The notes beneath the pieces were generated by a model that made no database searches, was not told where the DNA came from, and was given only the letters and a program-made list of their open reading frames with translations. Position numbers and translations under genes: made by a program. Positions 28,393 to 33,489 of a DNA stretch of 33,489 nt are shown one piece after another. Location: IMG/VR virus record IMGVR_UViG_2541047932_000021, one strand, 5' to 3'. Position 1 is the stretch's first letter; the number at the start of each line of letters is the position of its first letter. Source of the DNA: a virus (lineage: Duplodnaviria > Heunggongvirae > Uroviricota > Caudoviricetes).

Positions 28393-29576
28393 CAGGCACC
28401 TCCCAGCACCGCAAATGCGGGACCAAAGAATTCATCAGTAAACGTCTGGTAAAGCTCCATGTCTTCCAGCGGGGGAACAGGCGTATATTTGTAGCGAATA
28501 CGCACACGTCCCTGACGTAAATTCGTGGTGCCGTTATCCACCACGTCATACCAGCACTCCGCACCAATCAGTTTCCCGGCAGTAACCAGCGAATCCAGTT
28601 TTGCCCTGATGGCGCTGATAACATCCTTCACGTTCGCAGGTGTCAGTGGACTGTCGATGGTTTCAAACTGCGCTTCCGCAATTGAATCAGCCAGCACCTG
28701 TGCGGTTCGGGTATACACCTCAAAGATGTAGGCGTTCGTTTCCGGTGTGCGGTTGCCCCAGAAGCGGAACCCGTTGCGACGAATAATGGTCGTGATTTCT
28801 TTGTTGTTGAGGCTATTGGCATCGCTGTCTTCGGCCTGCAACGACCAGAACACATGCCTGGACATTCCCAGCACATTTTTAACCGGAACGTTGGACAGCG
28901 ATTTGTGCCAGCCCTGCTCATGGTCAATGTACGCACGAAGGCCGCACGCATAAGCAGGCGCGGGGAACGTTTCGTTTTTGCCACTTTTCGGGTTGTAGGC
29001 GATGAAGTCCGGCCATAAGAGCATCACCTCACGTTCGTTGAATTTCTGGCGGTAGGTAATCGCCTCAGCCATCGTGTTACAGCCGTGACATGAGGCATAC
29101 ACAAACGCGCGCAGTTTACCTGCAATCACGCACAGGGATTTTGTTACAGCCTCCGTGTCCAGCTCCGGCGCGGCCAGAATACGCGGACGGTATCCGATGC
29201 TTTCATCCTGCTCTGCAACAAGCAGCGCATACATCCCCGTATAGCTGCCGTCATCCTCAGAACCACCGATAACCAGTTGATCCTGCGTCTTTCCGTCTTC
29301 TTCTTTGTGTTCAGCCACGCGAACGACGATCACCTTTGTGCTCACCTGGTCTGCGATGGCCTTAAGCGCACGATAAAGCGTCCCCGTTGTCCCGCATTTT
29401 CCCAGCACGTCATTGACGCGGGTCAGCAGTGTGGGCTTATTCAGCGGGAACAGCTTCGCGTCCGCATCATCCGCCGTTGCCACGATACCGATAACGCTGG
29501 AATCAACATCGTTAATCGCTGTTACCAGGTCGGTATTTTCCGTAACACGGGCACCATGAAAACGAGTTTCACTCAT
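28392..29576 (-). CDS. FI: Tail sheath protein gpFI
   Basis: 394 aa; P2 FI-like motifs FPLNKP, LRAF, GWHK, FRFWGNRT, YTRTAQV, YTPVPPLE. Confidence 0.9.
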   Translation of the reverse strand: MSETRFHGARVTENTDLVTAINDVDSSVIGIVATADDADAKLFPLNKPTLLTRVNDVLGKCGTTGTLYRALKAIADQVSTKVIVVRVAEHKEEDGKTQDQLVIGGSEDDGSYTGMYALLVAEQDESIGYRPRILAAPELDTEAVTKSLCVIAGKLRAFVYASCHGCNTMAEAITYRQKFNEREVMLLWPDFIAYNPKSGKNETFPAPAYACGLRAYIDHEQGWHKSLSNVPVKNVLGMSRHVFWSLQAEDSDANSLNNKEITTIIRRNGFRFWGNRTPETNAYIFEVYTRTAQVLADSIAEAQFETIDSPLTPANVKDVISAIRAKLDSLVTAGKLIGAECWYDVVDNGTTNLRQGRVRIRYKYTPVPPLEDMELYQTFTDEFFGPAFAVLGGA

Positions 29577-29733
29577 AGCTTCAGCCCCTTGTATCCGTTA
29601 AATGATTCGGCAACAATCATCACCCACCACGTGCGTAATCTCACCCCTGCGCCGTTCTCCCGCCACGGCGACAACAAAAAGCAGTAACCCCCTCCGCACG
29701 CACATGCGACCATGCCGCACAGGGAGGGAACAG

Positions 29734-30843
29734 ATGACCGATACCACCATGCAATTGCTCAGTCAGGGCACAGACCCCGTGAAAATGCCGGATTTTGATA
29801 TTCTCGCGGAGGGTAAAACGCTGTCAGGCGTGGCAGAGCGCCTGATGAGCCTGTCACTGACCGACAACCGGGGATTTGAGGCGGACCAGCTCACCATCAC
29901 GCTGGATGATGCGGATGGTCAGTTGCAGCTACCGCCACGGGGCGCGCGCCTGACGGTTCTCATTGGCTGGAAAGGAGAACCGCTGACAGAAAAAGGCACT
30001 TACATTGTTGATGAAATCGCTCACGAAGGACCGCCGGACAGGCTGACTGTTTCAGCCAGAAGCGCAGATTTTCGGGATGAATTTAACGTTAAACGTGAGG
30101 TGTCCTGGCATGATGTGACCGTTGAGCGCGTGGTATCTGCCATCGCTCATCGGTACGGTCTGAAACCGCAAATCAGCGAAATGCTGATGGATATCGAAAT
30201 CGACCACGCCGACCAGACCGAAGAAAGCGATATGTCCTTCCTTACGCGCATGGCGGAAATGCTGGGCGCAATCACCACGGTAAAAAGCGGCAATCTGTTA
30301 TTCATCATGCCAGGTGGTGGCGTGAACGCACAGGGCCAGCCGTTGCCCTCGTTCGCCATTACACGCAGCAGCGGCGATCGCCATCAGTTCCGTATTGCTG
30401 ACCGCGAGGCGTATACGGGGGTACGCGCCTACTGGCTTGATCTTAATTACGGGAAAAAGAAAAAAGTCAGCGTGAAACGCCGTAAACCGCCAAAACCCAA
30501 AAAGGAGAAAAGCAGCAGCCGTGAAGGTGATTATATGGAAGGCGCGGAAGGCAATGTGTTTGTGTTACGCAAGACTTATCAGAACGAGCAGGCAGCAAGA
30601 CGCGCAGCGGCGGCAAAGTGGCAGCAGCTACAACGCGGAGCCGCATCATTCTCCATCACGCTGGCATGTGGTCGTGCAGAACTCTACCCCGAAATGCATG
30701 GCACGGTAACAGGATTTAAAAGCGAGATTGATAATCAGGACTGGATTATTGCAAAAGCCGAGCACACCATCGATAACAGCGGCTTTACCACGCAGCTTGA
30801 GCTTGAGGCAAAAATCTCGGAATGGATAGCAGAAACAGAGTGA
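29734..30843 (+). CDS. D: Late tail protein gpD
   Basis: ATG 29734 after SD AGGGAGGG; the ORF-track start at 29602 lacks an SD. Confidence 0.8.
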   Translation: MTDTTMQLLSQGTDPVKMPDFDILAEGKTLSGVAERLMSLSLTDNRGFEADQLTITLDDADGQLQLPPRGARLTVLIGWKGEPLTEKGTYIVDEIAHEGPPDRLTVSARSADFRDEFNVKREVSWHDVTVERVVSAIAHRYGLKPQISEMLMDIEIDHADQTEESDMSFLTRMAEMLGAITTVKSGNLLFIMPGGGVNAQGQPLPSFAITRSSGDRHQFRIADREAYTGVRAYWLDLNYGKKKKVSVKRRKPPKPKKEKSSSREGDYMEGAEGNVFVLRKTYQNEQAARRAAAAKWQQLQRGAASFSITLACGRAELYPEMHGTVTGFKSEIDNQDWIIAKAEHTIDNSGFTTQLELEAKISEWIAETE

Positions 30844-30885
30844 GCAACTTAGAATAGCAGCAGCACCACGTTAAGGGAGGTCGCT

Positions 30886-31146
30886 ATGTTCCGTTGTCCG
30901 CTTTGTGGCGCATCTGCCCGTATCCGCACCAGTCGTCCTGAAAATGATTCAAACACCGTGCGGCAAAAGTATTACCAGTGTAACAACCTGGAATGCGGCG
31001 TATGCTTCTCAACACTGGAAGCTTTCCATAAATTCACATCAAAACACACCTCCGGCGTTCACTCTTCAGAAGGTATCCCGTGGCATGAGCTGCCAGCTTC
31101 ACACAGGGGAAACAATCAGATGAGTTTGCCTTTACCTCAGAATTAA
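30886..31146 (+). CDS. ogr: Ogr/Delta-family zinc-finger late transcription activator
   Basis: 86 aa; MFRCPLCG...YYQCNNLECG Cys4 pattern as in P2 Ogr. Confidence 0.85.
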   Translation: MFRCPLCGASARIRTSRPENDSNTVRQKYYQCNNLECGVCFSTLEAFHKFTSKHTSGVHSSEGIPWHELPASHRGNNQMSLPLPQN

Positions 31147-31337
31147 CAGGCAGAATTGCCGGAGTAACAAAAAAGCGATAGATTACGCGCGGGTGCCTTT
31201 CGGCTGATGGTCGGAGGGAATACCCGAAGGCCAGATGTGGAAAGGCCCCGGAAAACATTTCTGTTTAACCGAGGCCCTAACATATCTACCTTAAGCAAGT
31301 GATAGGTTAGCGCCTCTCCAACAAAGGAGCAAGCGCT

Positions 31338-31478
31338 ATGTCGCAAAAATCGCTTACGGCCATCACGTTCTGCGTGACGGTAATCCTCATCATCTGGATG
31401 CTACACGGTTCGCTGTGTGAAATACGGATGAGCTTCTGGGGAGCGGAGTTTGCGGCGTTCTTACAGTGTAAGCAGTAA
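31338..31478 (+). CDS. Hok/Gef-family type I toxin (46 aa)
   Basis: MSQKSLTAITFCVTVILIIWMLHGSLCEIRMSFWGAEFAAFLQCKQ; N-terminal transmembrane helix plus conserved SLCEIR and AAF motifs; below the ORF-track size cutoff. Confidence 0.75.
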   Translation: MSQKSLTAITFCVTVILIIWMLHGSLCEIRMSFWGAEFAAFLQCKQ

Positions 31479-31566
31479 GGAAACCGCGACGGGGGAGCAA
31501 TCCCCCGTCAATCGGTTGCTAAGGTTGGCTGAAGTGGCACCCTATCTCACAGACATGAACAACAAA

Positions 31567-31598
31567 CCCGCAGCGTAAGAACTGCGGGTTTTCTTTTT
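31567..31598 (+). terminator. Rho-independent terminator downstream of hok
   Basis: Stem CCCGCAG / CTGCGGG followed by TTTTCTTTTT. Confidence 0.6.
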
Positions 31599-31666
31599 GG
31601 AACTATCACTAGCTAGTGTACCGTTAACGGCACATAATGCTCGCACAACAAACCTGTTAAAAGAGA

Positions 31667-31948
31667 TTACTCAGCATTCTCCTGCTTCCATTGCCGGATC
31701 ATTTCATCGGTAACATCACCCTCATAACATACCACGTCATACCCTCCATTACGGCTATATGCACTGCGTCCACCACATCTACTACCATTCCTTGCATGAT
31801 TATAAGGACACGCACAATTGCCTGGATAAGATTCAATGGATTCTTTAATTATTTCTTTTTTGATCTGAGCATCAGACTTTCCTGTTGCTGCATATCCGCT
31901 AAAAGATACTAAACAAAGGCAGATTGCCATTAATAAACCACATCGCAT
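31667..31948 (-). CDS. Small secreted cysteine-rich protein, unknown function
   Basis: Start taken at M39 of the ORF (signal peptide MRCGLLMAICLCLVSFSGYAA); four Cys in the mature part; AT-rich. Confidence 0.45.
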   Translation of the reverse strand: MRCGLLMAICLCLVSFSGYAATGKSDAQIKKEIIKESIESYPGNCACPYNHARNGSRCGGRSAYSRNGGYDVVCYEGDVTDEMIRQWKQENAE

Positions 31949-32175
31949 ACCGATACACTCTATTACTAACCAATCATAGCCCACATCATAAAATCGAGAT
32001 GAGGAGTACAATACCTTTAACAAGAAGGTGTCATAACGATAATATGTCGTGCAATTCATCAAAAAAAAGATCTATATCAAAGAGATAGAACTCTTATCAG
32101 TGCTTCAGACATCGGCATTCGAGGCAGCAGAAAAACAGTAAATCTGACGAATTTGCCTTTTCCCAAGATGTTGTC

Positions 32176-32334
32176 AGATTAAAAAGATAGATTAGCGCAG
32201 GTACCTGTTGGTGGATTGCAGGAGGAAAAATGAAGTCGAGTGGAAAAATCCCAGAAAAATTTTTGTTTAACAGAGGTCCTGGTTCACTATGCGAAATACG
32301 GAGGAGCTGCAGAAGAATTCTGCTTCATCCTTAG
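32176..32334 (+). pseudogene. Deleted hok-like locus remnant
   Basis: Leader similar to 31167-31290 and a retained SLCEIR-encoding segment, but the transmembrane-coding part is missing. Confidence 0.45.
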
Positions 32335-32418
32335 AGTTTAAACAGCACGTGCACTACCATTGTTTCTGCATATCGCCACACCATCGCCACTCAACCGCCA
32401 TTGCACAAAATACAAATA

Positions 32419-32441
32419 CAAAAAAACCACCCGAAGGTGGT
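32419..32441 (-). terminator. Rho-independent terminator of the glyW-cysT-leuZ operon
   Basis: Read on the minus strand: stem CCACC / GGTGG with 4-nt loop followed by a T-run, directly downstream of leuZ. Confidence 0.6.
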
Positions 32442-32486
32442 TTCACGACACTGCTTATTGCTTTGATTTTATTCTTATCTTTCCCA

Positions 32487-32573
32487 TGGTACCCGGAGCG
32501 GGACTTGAACCCGCACAGCGCGAACGCCGAGGGATTTTAAATCCCTTGTGTCTACCGATTCCACCATCCGGGC
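32487..32573 (-). tRNA. leuZ: tRNA-Leu (anticodon UAA)
   Basis: 87 nt; reverse complement reads GCCCGGATGGTGGAATCGGTAGACACAAGGGATTTAAAATCCC...GGGTACCA with CCA end. Confidence 0.9.
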
Positions 32574-32585
32574 TCGGGAAGAAAG

Positions 32586-32659
32586 TGGAGGCGCGTTCCG
32601 GAGTCGAACCGGACTAGACGGATTTGCAATCCGCTACATAACCGCTTTGTTAACGCGCC
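32586..32659 (-). tRNA. cysT: tRNA-Cys (anticodon GCA)
   Basis: 74 nt; reverse complement reads GGCGCGTTAACAAAGCGG...ATTGCAAATCC...GCGCCTCCA. Confidence 0.9.
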
Positions 32660-32713
32660 AAATTCTTCAGGCCTTTCAGCCAGACATCCGCTTGACGCCG
32701 ATGTCTTTTAAAC

Positions 32714-32789
<76 letters not shown>

Positions 32790-32940
32790 ATTCATCAAGC
32801 AATCAGTTAATCACTTGATTTTATTATCGTCTGGCAATCAGTGCCGCCGTTCGATGCGTTGCATTCTACTTACCTGGCGCGATGAGTCAACGATATTTTT
32901 CACCACTTTTGATCGTTTGCTGAAAATTACGCCGAAACGA

Positions 32941-33489
32941 TCACTGATCAAGCAAATCTGCACGCGCAGCGCTCAAATATTGCAACATTGACCACAGAGT
33001 CAGTACCGCAGCCACAAAGAAAAGTGCAATACCGGCGTACTCAACCCAAATGTTCGGACGCCACAGCAGCCAGGCCAACGCCACCATCTGGGCAGTGGTT
33101 TTCACTTTCCCAATCCAGGAGACAGCCACGCTACTGCGTTTACCCAACTCCGCCATCCATTCGCGTAGCGCAGAAATAATAATTTCACGGGCGATCATCG
33201 TTGCCGCCGGTAGGGTCACCCACCAGCTGTGATAATGCTCGGTTACCAGCACCATGGCGATAGCCACGAGAACTTTATCTGCTACAGGGTCAAGGAAAGC
33301 ACCAAACCGGGTACTCTGGTTCCAGCGGCGTGCCAGAAAACCATCGAACCAGTCAGTCACCGCCGCGACGCAGAAAATGAGCGCGGCGGCAAACGGCGAC
33401 CAGGTGACAGGCAGATAAAAGACCAATACAAAGAATGGGATAAGGATGACACGGAACAGTGTAAGCAACGTAGGGATATTAAATTGCAT
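32941..33489 (-). CDS. pgsA: CDP-diacylglycerol--glycerol-3-phosphate 3-phosphatidyltransferase
   Basis: 182 aa multi-pass membrane protein matching E. coli PgsA as recalled ([27 protein letters not shown]...); adjacent to glyW-cysT-leuZ as in E. coli. Confidence 0.85.

Larger units (their letters stand above)
1..31146. mobile_element. P2-like prophage, int through ogr; left att site lies outside the window, right att site not mapped
   Basis: Colinear set of P2 homologues (int, C-like, A, Q, P, O, N, M, L, X, lysis, R, S, V, W, J, I, H, G, FI, FII, E, T, U, D, ogr) recognised from the translated ORFs. Confidence 0.85.

Noticed and set aside
32487-32573. leuZ as the prophage integration site
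   Set aside because: The tRNA is intact, about 1.3 kb from ogr, separated from it by hok loci and its own terminator, and int is at the opposite end of the element; integration into leuZ cannot be supported from this window.

Overview
The window is an almost complete P2-like (Peduovirus-type) temperate prophage, about 31 kb (1 to ~31150), followed by host chromosome of an Escherichia-like enterobacterium: a hok-family toxin locus, a small AT-rich islet, the glyW-cysT-leuZ tRNA operon and pgsA. Everything here is read from the sequence and ORF track; no database search was run, so family assignments rest on recognisable motifs and recalled P2 protein sequences. The prophage order is int, C-like repressor, early operon, replication gene A, portal Q, terminase P, capsid genes O-N-M-L, X, lysis cassette, tail genes R-S-V-W-J-I-H-G, then FI-FII-E-T-U, D and ogr. 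Main departures from the P2 backbone: (1) two cargo genes between the repressor and int, encoding a tail-anchored membrane protein and a secreted protein, with a 13-residue motif shared between the repressor C-terminus and the membrane protein N-terminus; this is my best candidate for an undescribed lysogen-expressed system; (2) an AT-rich hexapeptide-repeat acetyltransferase gene at the position of the P2 Z/fun defence hotspot; (3) a NanS-p-like esterase gene between the lysis cassette and tail gene R; (4) the FI-FII-E-T-U tail block lies on the opposite strand from H-G and D-ogr; (5) the large terminase gene P is split by a 1-nt frameshift in an A6 run; (6) an intact hok toxin gene plus a deleted second copy at the right junction. 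No CRISPR array, IS element or P2-type cos sequence was found.
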